Shown here: piece by piece, positions 8,791 to 19,366 of the stretch
Numbering within the stretch: the first letter of the stretch is position 1
How the letters are laid out: each line of letters starts with the position of its first letter
From: Lachnospiraceae bacterium
Lineage (GTDB): Bacteria; Bacillota; Clostridia; Lachnospirales; Lachnospiraceae
DNA length: 64,000 bases
Direction of reading: 5' to 3'
Assembly (NCBI GenBank): GCA_017634455.1
Contig: JAGBNK010000017.1
Location: forward strand, 59,625 to 123,624
Program-made: the position numbers and the translations under genes
The notes under the pieces: generated by a model
The model's input: only the letters and a program-made list of their open reading frames with translations
What the model was told of the DNA's origin: nothing
Database searches by the model: none

Positions 8791-9675
8791 CTACATAAGC
8801 TTATTAATGAGAAATCCCATGTGGCACTTGAATGCATCCTGAAATTTTCTCACATCAAGTCCTGTATCCTTCTGGAATTTGTCCAATCTATATACCAGCG
8901 TATTTCTATGTAAATACAATTTTCTGGCTGTCTCAGCTATACTAAGGTCCGACTCCAAGAATGTTTTAATAGTATTAATGGTCTCTGTATCAAGCTCATT
9001 AAAGTCAGCATCCGGCATATTTTCAAAGCAATAATCTGTAAGAATATCTGTGTCTGTCAAGTATAATATCTTCTCCAGTCCCATCTGATAATACCCATAT
9101 ACATATTTATCACTGCAAAATATTTGACCAACTTTTCTAATAAGCTGCAGATGTTTATAAATATCTGGAGCCTCTTCATAATTTTCAAAAGCTTCGTCGT
9201 ATGATATTCTAACCGGATTCATAGACTGAGTCTCAATCATATCAAGCATCTCATAAGCTGTTGATTCTGTATTCTTTCTGGATGGCTTCAACTGACTGTA
9301 TTGAATGACGCACAGAGTCCTGTCATCCACTCTAACCACATCCACTGGAGATGGATAGAACAGAGATGTGATAATTGTTATATCCATATCTGTATAAGTA
9401 TCCTTGAAGTCCAGCATGAATACAGTCTTATAACCCACATCGCTTAAGTGGAACTTCCTGGTGCCATCAGCAATCTCCGTCTCATTGAGCTTACCCTCGA
9501 ATAATTTAATATAGAAATCATCCTTGGAATTGGTCATGCCCTTATATCGATTCAGGAGAAGTTTCAGTTTCTCCAAAGTCTCCTCCTCGGACATATCTGT
9601 ATCCATGGAAAATGTAATTCCAGTAGCATTATTCAGTTCTTCTAAAGTCTGTTTTATATCTGTTTTTATGTCCAT
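8791..9675 (-). CDS. PucR/CdaR-type transcriptional regulator (C-terminal HTH)
   Basis: C-terminal IAETARKLYLHRNTLVYRLDKFQKDTGLD is a PucR-type HTH. I prefer the start at 9675 (MDIKTD...) because GGGGG lies 8 nt upstream; the track ORF begins at 9735. Confidence 0.7.
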   Translation of the reverse strand: MDIKTDIKQTLEELNNATGITFSMDTDMSEEETLEKLKLLLNRYKGMTNSKDDFYIKLFEGKLNETEIADGTRKFHLSDVGYKTVFMLDFKDTYTDMDITIITSLFYPSPVDVVRVDDRTLCVIQYSQLKPSRKNTESTAYEMLDMIETQSMNPVRISYDEAFENYEEAPDIYKHLQLIRKVGQIFCSDKYVYGYYQMGLEKILYLTDTDILTDYCFENMPDADFNELDTETINTIKTFLESDLSIAETARKLYLHRNTLVYRLDKFQKDTGLDVRKFQDAFKCHMGFLINKLM

Positions 9676-9794
9676 ATGTTTTACCCCCGCTAACTCTATT
9701 ATTTTAGCTAAATGCAGATTTATAGTCAATTTCACACAGATTTATCACTGCATTTATTTTCAGCTTTTATAATTAATATATTGCTCCTCTTACA

Positions 9795-9831
9795 CAAAAA
9801 AACCACCGGACTCCATATAGAAATCCGGTGG
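9795..9831 (-). terminator. Rho-independent terminator after the sugar ABC ATPase gene
   Basis: Stem CCACCGGA (9803-9810) pairs with TCCGGTGG (9824-9831). A U-tract on the minus transcript comes from the A-run at 9795-9802. Confidence 0.7.
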
Positions 9832-9853
9832 AAAAAGGGTAGAAAAAGAGTTA

Positions 9854-10972
9854 CTAGTTTGTAATTGTCATCTCTGTCTCTTTGTCGAAGAAGTGAGACT
9901 TCTCCATATCAAATGCAAATGTAACTGTATCACCTGTTCTAGCTGTTGTACGAGGATCAACTCTAGCTGTAACCTTGGCACCTGCATAATCGAAGTATAA
10001 AAATACTTCAGCACCAAGAAGCTCATATACATTTATCTTTGCATCAAACTTGCACTCCTGTGCTGTTTCAATAAACATCTGTGAATCATTGATATCCTCT
10101 GGGCGAATACCAAATACAACTGTCTTGCCTTCATATCCCTTCTCAATAAGAGTCTTTGCCTTGGCAGCTGGGATTAATAAATCAGTCTTACCACCATCGA
10201 TTGAAGCATATACCTTGTCTCCAACCTTCTTGATAACCGCATCGATGAAGTTCATCTGTGGTGATCCAATAAATCCAGCAACGAACTGGTTGCATGGCTT
10301 GTTATATAAGTTCTGAGGTGTATCAATCTGCTGTGCAACACCGTCCTTCATAACAACGATTCTAGTTCCAAGAGTCATAGCCTCTGTCTGATCATGTGTA
10401 ACGTAGATGATTGTAGCTCCTAAATCATCATGTAATTTAGAAATCTCTGTTCTCATCTGAACACGAAGCTTAGCATCAAGGTTAGAAAGTGGCTCATCCA
10501 TAAGGAACACCTTTGGCTCACGAACGATTGCACGTCCCATTGCAACTCTCTGTCTCTGTCCACCTGACAAAGCCTTTGGCTTACGCTGTAAATACTCTGT
10601 AAGATTCAATACCTTAGCTGCATGCTCAACTTTTTCCTTGATTACATCTGCAGGAACCTTACGAAGCTTCAATGCAAATGCCATGTTATCAAATACTGTC
10701 ATATGTGGATACAATGCGTAGTTCTGGAATACCATTGCGATATCTCTATCCTTTGGCTCCACATCATTCATTACCTTGCCGTCGATTGTAAGCTCACCAG
10801 CTGTAATATCTTCAAGACCAGCAATCATTCTAAGTGTAGTAGACTTACCACATCCTGAAGGTCCAACGAAGATGATGAACTCCTTATCCTTAATATCAAG
10901 ATTGAAATCCTTTACAGCCTCTGCGCCGTTTGGATATGTTTTACAAATGTTTTTTAATGTAATATTAGCCAT
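9854..10972 (-). CDS. Carbohydrate ABC transporter ATP-binding protein (MsmK/MalK/UgpC type)
   Basis: Walker A GPSGCGKST, signature LSGGQRQR, Walker B FLMDEPLSNLD, and a MalK-like C-terminal regulatory domain. Confidence 0.9.
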   Translation of the reverse strand: MANITLKNICKTYPNGAEAVKDFNLDIKDKEFIIFVGPSGCGKSTTLRMIAGLEDITAGELTIDGKVMNDVEPKDRDIAMVFQNYALYPHMTVFDNMAFALKLRKVPADVIKEKVEHAAKVLNLTEYLQRKPKALSGGQRQRVAMGRAIVREPKVFLMDEPLSNLDAKLRVQMRTEISKLHDDLGATIIYVTHDQTEAMTLGTRIVVMKDGVAQQIDTPQNLYNKPCNQFVAGFIGSPQMNFIDAVIKKVGDKVYASIDGGKTDLLIPAAKAKTLIEKGYEGKTVVFGIRPEDINDSQMFIETAQECKFDAKINVYELLGAEVFLYFDYAGAKVTARVDPRTTARTGDTVTFAFDMEKSHFFDKETEMTITN

Positions 10973-11071
10973 GAAAAAACCTCCCTATTTCAATTGCTTT
11001 ATGTTGCAATTATAAGAGAGGTTTAAAATTCATGCTATGTTAAATCAACCAAATATTTATTCTATGTTTCG

Positions 11072-11692
11072 TTATTTTGTAAAAACCTGGTTATTATACA
11101 GGTCAATCCACTCTTCTAAGCTCAGTGGTTCATAGTCAGAATACATGCAGAAGCAGTTGATCATATTGCTCTGTAAATGTACATCCTGTCCCTCACGGTT
11201 CTGTACGACTGTATCTCGTGTAATAGTTTGAAACTGTCGAACAAGCTGTTCATCATGGGTGTCATGCACATGTCCATAGAGCATATAGGTCTTGGGCTGG
11301 CCTTCCTTGTTCATAATATACTGCCCGCTATAACATACAATTGGATAATGGCACATAACCACCTTGTATCCATTATCATGAGTCTCCGCATATGCCTTAA
11401 CCCATTTAAAACGATTTCTGTCAAATCCGCCTCTGTTGAGGTATCTGCCGTCATGATTTCCTTCTATTAAATGTAGCTTACCATTTAACCTATCTAAAAG
11501 CCAATTGGTCTCCTCAGCATTTCCATAAGACAAATCCCCCAGTATAAATACCTCGTCCTTGTTTCTGACTTTGGCATTCCATTTTTCAATCATGTATTCA
11601 TTCATTTCTTCCACCGTAGCAAATCCACGGTTGTCCATACTATGGTTCAGACTCTTATGGAAGAAATGGCAATCTGAAATATAATATTTCAT
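11072..11692 (-). CDS. Metallophosphoesterase family protein
   Basis: Calcineurin-like motifs: DCHF near the N-terminus, GDLS, GNHD and GHVH. Confidence 0.8.
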   Translation of the reverse strand: MKYYISDCHFFHKSLNHSMDNRGFATVEEMNEYMIEKWNAKVRNKDEVFILGDLSYGNAEETNWLLDRLNGKLHLIEGNHDGRYLNRGGFDRNRFKWVKAYAETHDNGYKVVMCHYPIVCYSGQYIMNKEGQPKTYMLYGHVHDTHDEQLVRQFQTITRDTVVQNREGQDVHLQSNMINCFCMYSDYEPLSLEEWIDLYNNQVFTK

Positions 11693-11696
11693 ACAA

Positions 11697-12503
11697 TTAT
11701 CCCTTACTCATTTCTCTCGATTTATCTGAGCAGGCTTTCTGTCCAGCCATTACAGTGCCTCTGAAGCCCAGCTCTTCCAACTTGGCCACAGCCTCAATTG
11801 TAGTTCCTCCCGGAGAACATACAGCATCCTTTAACTCACCAGGATGTTTACCTGTCTCAAGCACCATCTTGGCAGAGCCAAGAACTGACTGTGCAGCAAA
11901 TTTATATGCCTGAGCTCTAGGCATACCATCTGCAACTGCAGCATCTGCCATAGCTTCAATAAACATATATACATATGCAGGAGAAGAACCGCTAACTCCA
12001 ACCACTGCATCCATAAGCTTCTCAGAAACAACTTCAGCCTCTCCGAAGCTTTCAAATATTTCCATAACAGTAGCCAGATCAGCTTCACATATATGCTCAT
12101 TTGCCACAACAGCGCTCATGGCTTCTCCCACAAGAGCAGGAGTATTTGGCATAGAACGCACCAGCTTAATATCTCTGCCAAAAGCTTCCTGAATTCCAGC
12201 AATAGTCTGGCCTGCAGCAATTGACACAATTATTGTATCTTCAGACACCACACCCTTAATTTCCGGAATAACCTGTGCGAACATATTTGGCTTCACTGCC
12301 AGAAACAAAATGTCTGCCTTCTCAGCTACTTCCACATTGCTTAAAGTAGCTTTGATACCAAGGTCCCTTTCCACTCTATCTTTGGAAGCTTCACTGTGAA
12401 CCGATGCTATCACATGTTCCTTGTCAGCAATACCAGCCTGCAGGATTCCTCCTACAATTGCACTTCCCATATTTCCACAACCTATAAAACTTATTGTCTT
12501 CAT
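11697..12503 (-). CDS. proC: Pyrroline-5-carboxylate reductase
   Basis: N-terminal Rossmann motif IGCGNMGSAI and a C-terminal SPGGTT motif. 268 aa. Confidence 0.9.
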   Translation of the reverse strand: MKTISFIGCGNMGSAIVGGILQAGIADKEHVIASVHSEASKDRVERDLGIKATLSNVEVAEKADILFLAVKPNMFAQVIPEIKGVVSEDTIIVSIAAGQTIAGIQEAFGRDIKLVRSMPNTPALVGEAMSAVVANEHICEADLATVMEIFESFGEAEVVSEKLMDAVVGVSGSSPAYVYMFIEAMADAAVADGMPRAQAYKFAAQSVLGSAKMVLETGKHPGELKDAVCSPGGTTIEAVAKLEELGFRGTVMAGQKACSDKSREMSKG

Positions 12504-12622
12504 TTCTTCTCTCCCATATAACTTCTATCACAACCTATATGCATACAAGTACTATTCCAAATCTGTCAAAACTGATATGCATATGAATTCAAACTTCTAC
12601 CACATTGTATCACAACTTTATA

Positions 12623-12654
12623 CAAAAATAACTATGGCATGAAACCATAGTTAT
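12623..12654 (-). terminator. Rho-independent terminator after the aminotransferase gene
   Basis: ATAACTATGG (12628-12637) pairs with CCATAGTTAT (12645-12654). A U-tract on the minus transcript comes from the A-run at 12624-12628. Confidence 0.6.
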
Positions 12655-12679
12655 TTCGTAATCATCTCACCACAGACTA

Positions 12680-13963
12680 TTATGCATTAAGCAATTTCTC
12701 TAATGTAGCGTATCTTACACATACTGTAAAGATTTCTGCAGCATCCTTTAACTCTTCAAGACTTGGATAAGAAGGCGCAATTCTAATTGTAGAATCATGT
12801 GGATCCTTGTGATATGGGAAAGGTGCTCCTGCCCCTGTCATTACCACTCCAGCTTCCTTCGCCAATCTGATAACCTCAGTTGCACATCCATCCAAAGTTA
12901 CATATGTAATGAAGTATCCACCCTTTGGCTTAATCCATTCTCCAGCACCACGACCAGCAAGTTCTCTATCAAGTGTCTCAAGAACCAATTCGAATCTTGG
13001 ACGCAAAATATCTGCATGCTTCTCCATATGCTCAAGTACACCCTGGGCATTCTTGAAATATCTGGCATGACGAAGCATATTTACCTTGTCAAATCCGATA
13101 GTCTGAATTGTAACTGTTCTCTTCATGTCATCCAAGTTCTTCTTAGAAGAAGCAATTGCAGCAATTCCAGAACCTGCAAGAGAAATCTTGGAAGTAGAAG
13201 CGAACTCATAAACCATATCTGGATTTCCAGCCTTCTCACACTCATCAATAATATTTAAAATCTGTCCCATCTTCTCGCCGTAGAGATGATGTACGATGTA
13301 AGCGTTGTCCCAATATATTCTGAAATCCTTGGCAGCTGGCTTCAAGTTGGCCATTCTGCGAACAGTCTCATCTGAATATACAACACCCTGTGGATTAGAA
13401 TACTTTGGCACGCACCAGATACCCTTGATTGCTGGGTCAGAAGCTACAAGTTCCTCCACCATATCCATATCAGGACCATCCTCAGACATTGGCACATTTA
13501 TCATCTCAATACCAAAATGTTCTGTAACAGCAAAATGTCTGTCATATCCAGGAACTGGGCATAACCATTTCACCTTATCAAGCTTGCACCATGGTGTCTC
13601 TCCGCACACACCGAAAATCATAGAACGGGCTACCATGTCAAACATAGTGTTCAGACTTGAGTTACCAAATATCATTACATTTTCAGGAGAAACCTCCATG
13701 ATTTCAGCCATAAGGCGCTTTGTCTCAGGTATACCATCAAGCAAACCATAGTTTCTTGTATCAGTTCCGTTTTCAGATTTCATGTCAGAGCTTGAATTAA
13801 TTACATCAAGCATTTCCATACCCAAGTCCAACTGCTGTGGAGATGGCTTACCTCTAGACATGTCCAGCTTTAAGCCTTTGCCCTGATACTCTTTGTAAAT
13901 CTTCTTTACATTCTCAAATTCCTGCTGTAATTCTTCCTTTGACATTGTCGCATATGACTGCAT
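12680..13963 (-). CDS. PLP-dependent aminotransferase (class I/II fold)
   Basis: 427 aa with a typical fold-type I pattern, including the STSKISLAGSG Lys region and NPQG. Substrate is not assignable from sequence. Confidence 0.75.
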   Translation of the reverse strand: MQSYATMSKEELQQEFENVKKIYKEYQGKGLKLDMSRGKPSPQQLDLGMEMLDVINSSSDMKSENGTDTRNYGLLDGIPETKRLMAEIMEVSPENVMIFGNSSLNTMFDMVARSMIFGVCGETPWCKLDKVKWLCPVPGYDRHFAVTEHFGIEMINVPMSEDGPDMDMVEELVASDPAIKGIWCVPKYSNPQGVVYSDETVRRMANLKPAAKDFRIYWDNAYIVHHLYGEKMGQILNIIDECEKAGNPDMVYEFASTSKISLAGSGIAAIASSKKNLDDMKRTVTIQTIGFDKVNMLRHARYFKNAQGVLEHMEKHADILRPRFELVLETLDRELAGRGAGEWIKPKGGYFITYVTLDGCATEVIRLAKEAGVVMTGAGAPFPYHKDPHDSTIRIAPSYPSLEELKDAAEIFTVCVRYATLEKLLNA

Positions 13964-14039
13964 CTTCTCTTTCTCCTTTTCTCGTTCTTTTATTTAGCTT
14001 ATATACTTCAACAAGGCTTCGCCCTTGTCGTAAACTGTA

Positions 14040-15364
14040 TTATTCTGCCTCCCGGCGAATCTGTTCCATATACTTACGCAGTTTCTCCTCATATCCCATG
14101 TTGGTAGGATTGTAAAATGTACTTCCAACCAGAGAATCTGGTAAATATTGTTGTTTTACATAATGGTTAGGATAATCATGTGCATATTGATATCCCACTC
14201 CATGTCCCAACTTACCTGCTGATTTATAATGAGCATCCTGCAAATGTGTTGGAATCGGTTCTGTCACTGTGGAAGCAACTGTATTCATTGCCGCCGCAAT
14301 GGACAGATATGAAGCATTGGACTTCGGTGCAGTAGCTACATAGTTGACTGCCTCCGCCAATATAATCTGACTCTCCGGCATACCAATTCTCTCAACCGCC
14401 TGTGCAGCTGAAGTTGCCACTGTCAGAGCCATTGGATCTGCCATACCCACATCCTCTGCAGCGCATATCATAATTCGGCGGGCGATAAATTTAATATCTT
14501 CCCTGCATATAACATTCGGGCCAGATAATAAATAGCCGCATCCGGATCAGATCCTCGCATGCTCTTGATAAATGCTGATATGGTATCGTAGTGGTTATCA
14601 CCGCTCTTGTCATATTTCACAACACGGCGCTGTATACACTCACTTGCCACATCAAGGGTTATATGTATATGACCAGTCTCATCAGGAGCCGTGGTCAACA
14701 CTCCAAGTTCAATAGCTGTCAAAGCCGCTCTGGCATCACCATTTGCCACATCGCTCAAGAAGTCCAGGGCGTCATCATCAATAGTAGCCTCGTAGGCTCC
14801 AAGTCCTCTGTCCTTATCTGACAAAGCTCGAAGCAAAAGTGTCTTGATATCCTCCTGAGTCAGTGACTTCAGTTCAAAAATAATTGATCTGGACAAGAGA
14901 GCTCCATTTACCTCAAAATAAGGATTCTCTGTTGTGGCTCCAATGAGGATAATAGTTCCGTCCTCCACAAATGGAAGCAAGTAATCCTGCTGCCCTTTGT
15001 TAAAACGATGAATCTCATCTATAAATAATATGGTCTTCTGACCATACATTCCCATATTATCCTTAGCTGCACTTACCACTTCCTCCATATCCTTCTTTCC
15101 TGCCGCTGTAGCATTAATGGAAGTAAACTTGGCACTGGTGGTATTGGCTATAACCTGAGCCAATGTAGTCTTGCCTGTTCCCGGAGGGCCGTAGAAAATA
15201 ATAGAACTCAGCTTATCTGCCATAATTGCTCTATAAAGCAATTTGTCCTTACCAATAATATGCTGTTGTCCTACAACCTCATCCAATGTTCTAGGTCTAA
15301 GCCTGGAAGCCAATGGAGATTCTTTCTTCTTATTCTCTTGTCTCATGTAATCGAATAGATCCAT
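14040..15364 (-). pseudogene. rarA: Replication-associated recombination protein A (AAA+ ATPase), split by a -1 frameshift
   Basis: ORFs 14468-15364 (Walker A GPPGTGKTT, FIDEIHRFNK) and 14040-14471 ([13 protein letters not shown]...) are the two halves. Adding one G to the GGG run (plus-strand CCC at 14501-14503) restores [19 protein letters not shown]. Confidence 0.8.
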
Positions 15365-15593
15365 AAGTCTTACCTCTTTGCTGTTTTAATATGTACAGGA
15401 GTACATCTAAAACATCCTTTTCTATTATATAATGAATTTTGTAAAAATGAATTATGCATTTTGACTATTTTATAAACGTATTTAAGCCTTATCTTGGGGA
15501 ATAATGAATTTTTAAGATTCATTTCCTGCATTTTGGCTCGTTTTTCTCGCTTTTCGCCTGCAAAATGCATCTCACCCTGCAATTTAACAAAGC

Positions 15594-15628
15594 AAAAAAA
15601 TAGCAAGGCAGTGACCACCGTCTTGCTA
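15594..15628 (-). terminator. Rho-independent terminator after the PilZ gene
   Basis: TAGCAAG (15601-15607) pairs with CTTGCTA (15622-15628), followed on the minus strand by a 7-nt U-tract (A-run 15594-15600). Confidence 0.65.
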
Positions 15629-15675
15629 TTATCTGTAATCAACTAACCCCATATGTCAATTACCTGTGTTCAGCC

Positions 15676-16380
15676 CTATGCCTTGGCCGCTGCACTATTC
15701 ACCTGTTTCTCCACCTGCTTCTTAGCAATATATCTCTCCACATTATTGCTTTTCATAGGATAGAGAGCCAATCCAATCACTTTATGAGTATCGCTGAGCT
15801 TCTCCTCTCGAACAATTCTAGACTTAAGATCAAATACATATATATAATCAGAAAACTGAATTCTGACATCCTGACCTCTGTCTACCTCCAAAGCATTTGG
15901 AACAATTATACCTACACCTGTTTCGCTTATGTCCCGGATAATAACATTCATCATACCCTTATCCAACACAAGCTTCCCATCTAATCCTAATGGAACCCGG
16001 TAAGCATTTCGTCTGTTGTATCTTACGCCGGGATGATTTCCCATTATAAGCTGGATAGTATCCTTCTTATCAATCTTGGCCCTTGGCACAATTACATTTT
16101 CAAATTTATATAACTGTCCCTTATGATTAATCAACGCTTCCAAAGAACAATTTGCATCTGCGAACAAAACAACTGCATCCTTACGATTTGGCACATTTAC
16201 CATTTCAATAGGAACAAAATTATCACTATGTGCTGCTGCCGCAATCTGACCCTTTATCTTCGGATTAATTTCTGAATAAATAGCCTTTAATTCAATTTGA
16301 CAATCATCATTGTACGCTCGAATTGTAATGTCATCGTCCTTCTCAATCTCTTCGAGCGTGATACTCCTTCCAGTATTCAT
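15676..16380 (-). CDS. PilZ-domain (c-di-GMP-binding) protein, YcgR-like architecture
   Basis: RxxxR (RNAYR) followed by DxSxxG (DISETG) in the C-terminal half. Confidence 0.75.
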   Translation of the reverse strand: MNTGRSITLEEIEKDDDITIRAYNDDCQIELKAIYSEINPKIKGQIAAAAHSDNFVPIEMVNVPNRKDAVVLFADANCSLEALINHKGQLYKFENVIVPRAKIDKKDTIQLIMGNHPGVRYNRRNAYRVPLGLDGKLVLDKGMMNVIIRDISETGVGIIVPNALEVDRGQDVRIQFSDYIYVFDLKSRIVREEKLSDTHKVIGLALYPMKSNNVERYIAKKQVEKQVNSAAAKA

Positions 16381-16390
16381 ATTAAATCAT

Positions 16391-16497
16391 CCCCATAAAA
16401 TACCCAAAACCACTGTTTTCAGGCTTACCCATATATACCTGAAACCATTTGTCTTAAGCATACCCATAAACACCTAAGACTTATGTTTAATAGTATA
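16391..16497. repeat. Three degenerate tandem repeats of about 35 bp in the PilZ gene leader
   Basis: Units start at 16392, 16428 and 16463. Each begins CCCATA-N3/4-ACC and carries AAACC/AAGAC and TGTnTT cores. Confidence 0.5.
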
Positions 16498-16648
16498 TTT
16501 TGATTTATGGGGCTTTTCAATATTTTTGGACTCATTTTCCTTTGTAGAATTTGTAGATTTTAAAGTTTCTCAATTGTGGGAATTCCACAAAGACTAAGAC
16601 GAATAATCCTCACGAGTCCATTTATTTCTCTGTTTGTGTAATTATTTA

Positions 16649-19240
16649 TTAACTTCGCACCACCTTGGCATACAGTCCATTTTCTGATACATCAATCATA
16701 ATGGTATCCTGTAATGAAACCTCATCTGCAAGTATGCATTTAGCAGCCAATGTCTCCACATGCTTCTGAATAAATCTTCGAAGAGGTCTTGCACCATAAG
16801 CAGGCTCATAACCATTTTCTATAATATATTCTTCTGCCGCAGGAGAAAGTTCTACTTTGATTTCCTTGTCTTCAAGTCTCTTGTTCAAATCTGCCATAAG
16901 AAGCTTAATGATTCCACCTATGTTGTCCTTGGTCAGAGGCTTGAACATAATTATCTCATCCAACCTATTAAGGAACTCTGGTCTGAATGAATTTCTTAAA
17001 TCAGCCATAACCATGTCTTCCGCTTCTTGCTTGATATTGCCATTATCATCAATACCATCCAACAGGTAAGAAGATCCCAAATTACTTGTCATAATAATGA
17101 TTGTATTCTTGAAATCCACAGTTCTGCCCTGGGAATCAGTAATTCTACCGTCATCCAAAACCTGCAACAACACATTAAACACATCAGGATGAGCCTTCTC
17201 AACCTCATCAAACAGTACTACTGAATAAGGCTTACGACGCACTGCCTCAGTCAACTGACCACCCTCATCATATCCTACATATCCTGGAGGCGCTCCAATA
17301 AGACGAGACACTGAGTATTTCTCCATATATTCACTCATATCAAGTCTCACCATGTTGTTCTCATCATCAAAGAGAGCTTCTGCCAATGTCTTGGCCAGTT
17401 CTGTCTTACCTACACCAGTAGGCCCTAAGAACATAAATGATCCAATAGGCTTTGCCGGATCTTTGATTCCGGCCTTACTTCTTATTATAGCTTCTGTAAC
17501 CTTGGTTACACCTTCATCCTGGCCGATAACTCTCTTATGAAGTTCATCCGCCAGATGTAAAGTCTTATTTCTCTCTGACTCATTCAATTTAGCAACAGGT
17601 ATTCCTGTCCAACGAGATATGATTCTGGCAATCTCCTCATCAGTAACTGACTCATGAACCATGGAGATATCCTTCTGTTTCAGTACATCTTCCTGGTGTT
17701 CCAATTCCTCTTCCAATCTAGGAATTGTGCCATATTGAAGTTCTGCCGCCTTTTCCAAATCATAGGACTGTCTGGCCTGCTCCAATTCAGCCTTAGCCTG
17801 TTCCAACTCCTCTCTCAAAGTAGAAACCTTGCCAACAGCATTCTTCTCATTATCCCACTGAGCTTTCTTGGTAGCCAAATCAGCCTTCAACTCAGACAGC
17901 TCCTGCTGTAGATTCTCCAATCGTTCTCTGCTGAGATGGTCTTCTTCCTTTTTGAGGGCAGCTTCCTCAATCTCAAGCTGCATAACCCTACGATTTAATT
18001 CATCCAATTCAGTAGGCATAGAATCCAGCTCAGTCTTGATAAGAGCACAGGCCTCATCTACCAAATCAATTGCCTTGTCCGGCAGGAACCTGTCTGATAT
18101 ATATCTGTTGGACAATGTGGCTGCAGCCACCAAAGCACCATCAGTAATCTTCACACCATGATATACTTCATATCTATCCTTGATTCCTCTGAGAATTGAT
18201 ATGGTATCTTCCACTGTTGGCTCATCAACCATAACAGGCTGGAATCGTCTCTCTAGCGCAGCATCCTTCTCAATATACTCTCTGTACTCATCCAAAGTTG
18301 TGGCGCCGATACAATGCAATTCACCCCGGGCAAGCATTGGCTTCAACAGCTGTCCTGCATCCATGGCCCCGTCTGTTTTACCGGCTCCAACTATAGTATG
18401 TAGTTCATCAATAAATAGGATTATCTCTCCATCAGAATTCTTGATCTCATCAAGAACCGCCTTCAGTCTCTCCTCGAACTCACCTCTGTATTTGGCACCA
18501 GCAATAAGTGCTCCCATATCCAGGGCAAATAATCTCTTGTCCTTCAAGCCTTCTGGCACGTCCCCTCGTACGATTCGCTGAGCAAGTCCTTCTACTGCAG
18601 CAGTCTTACCTACACCAGGTTCACCAATAAGCACTGGATTGTTCTTGGTCTTACGGGATAGGATACGAATAACATTTCTTATCTCTGCGTCTCTACCTAT
18701 TACAGGGTCTGTCTTCTGTTGTCTCGCACGCTCCACCATATCATATCCATACTTCTCCAAAGTATCATATGTAGCTTCAGGATTATCAGATGTCACACGC
18801 ACATTTCCTCTTACCTCTGACAAAGCCTGCAAAAATCTATCTCTGGTCAGCCCATATTCATTGAACATCTCCTTCATGGCTTTATTCGGTTTCTTTAGCA
18901 TTGCAAGGAATAAATGTTCAACAGATACATATTCATCCCCCATTACCTTGGCTTCGTCTTCTCCATGTATGAGGACATTATTCAAATCTTTGCCCACATA
19001 CACCTGTCCTGCTCCAGATACCTTCACTCTGGCTTCCACTCGTTTTATTGCATTTTCTGTGAAATGTTCCAGATTGATTTCCATCTTCTCAATCAGTCTT
19101 GGAATCAAGCCATCCTGTTGTTGAAGCAATGCAAGCATCAAATGTTCCTGCTCTATTTCCTGATTGCCATAATCATATGCAAGCTTCTCACATGCAGACA
19201 CTGCTTCCATTGATTTCTGTGTGAACTTATTGATATTCAT
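16649..19240 (-). CDS. clpB: ATP-dependent chaperone/disaggregase ClpB
   Basis: 863 aa with two AAA+ modules (GEPGVGKTA and GPTGVGKTE Walker A motifs), a long coiled-coil middle domain and a Clp N domain. Confidence 0.97.
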   Translation of the reverse strand: MNINKFTQKSMEAVSACEKLAYDYGNQEIEQEHLMLALLQQQDGLIPRLIEKMEINLEHFTENAIKRVEARVKVSGAGQVYVGKDLNNVLIHGEDEAKVMGDEYVSVEHLFLAMLKKPNKAMKEMFNEYGLTRDRFLQALSEVRGNVRVTSDNPEATYDTLEKYGYDMVERARQQKTDPVIGRDAEIRNVIRILSRKTKNNPVLIGEPGVGKTAAVEGLAQRIVRGDVPEGLKDKRLFALDMGALIAGAKYRGEFEERLKAVLDEIKNSDGEIILFIDELHTIVGAGKTDGAMDAGQLLKPMLARGELHCIGATTLDEYREYIEKDAALERRFQPVMVDEPTVEDTISILRGIKDRYEVYHGVKITDGALVAAATLSNRYISDRFLPDKAIDLVDEACALIKTELDSMPTELDELNRRVMQLEIEEAALKKEEDHLSRERLENLQQELSELKADLATKKAQWDNEKNAVGKVSTLREELEQAKAELEQARQSYDLEKAAELQYGTIPRLEEELEHQEDVLKQKDISMVHESVTDEEIARIISRWTGIPVAKLNESERNKTLHLADELHKRVIGQDEGVTKVTEAIIRSKAGIKDPAKPIGSFMFLGPTGVGKTELAKTLAEALFDDENNMVRLDMSEYMEKYSVSRLIGAPPGYVGYDEGGQLTEAVRRKPYSVVLFDEVEKAHPDVFNVLLQVLDDGRITDSQGRTVDFKNTIIIMTSNLGSSYLLDGIDDNGNIKQEAEDMVMADLRNSFRPEFLNRLDEIIMFKPLTKDNIGGIIKLLMADLNKRLEDKEIKVELSPAAEEYIIENGYEPAYGARPLRRFIQKHVETLAAKCILADEVSLQDTIMIDVSENGLYAKVVRS

Positions 19241-19366
19241 ACATCCTCACCTCCAAACTCATTTTCAAATTCATATATGTATTACTTGGTATATACAAGG
19301 ATTTGGCTCTATTAATCTGTAATAAATCAAGGCCTCTTTCCTTATAAAATAGGTATAACACCAAAA

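Noticed and set aside
12504-12625. Direct repeat GTTGTGATA(C/G)AA in the proC leader
   Set aside because: Only two 10-11-nt copies about 80 bp apart. One simply coincides with an extended -10-like TGTGATACAAT. There is not enough support for a regulatory claim.
14005-14035. Hairpin ACAAGG-CTTCGC-CCTTGT between rarA and the aminotransferase gene as a terminator
   Set aside because: The stem is short and no U-tract follows on the minus strand. It could equally be coincidental.
15370-15642. 90-aa ORF in the gap between the PilZ gene and rarA
   Set aside because: It has no RBS and an odd composition. It also spans the PilZ terminator hairpin and the rarA promoter region. It is most likely a chance ORF in AT-rich intergenic DNA.
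16571-16590. Palindrome TTGTGG-GAATT-CCACAA downstream of clpB as its terminator
   Set aside because: It is only a 6-bp stem and no U-tract follows on the minus strand. Too weak to call.
16760-19213. Series of 60-160-aa plus-strand ORFs inside clpB (for example 18180-18581 and 18639-19124)
   Set aside because: They are Ser/Leu/Ile-rich antisense translations of a highly conserved gene. This is a typical shadow-ORF artefact, and the same applies to antisense ORFs inside most other long genes in the track.
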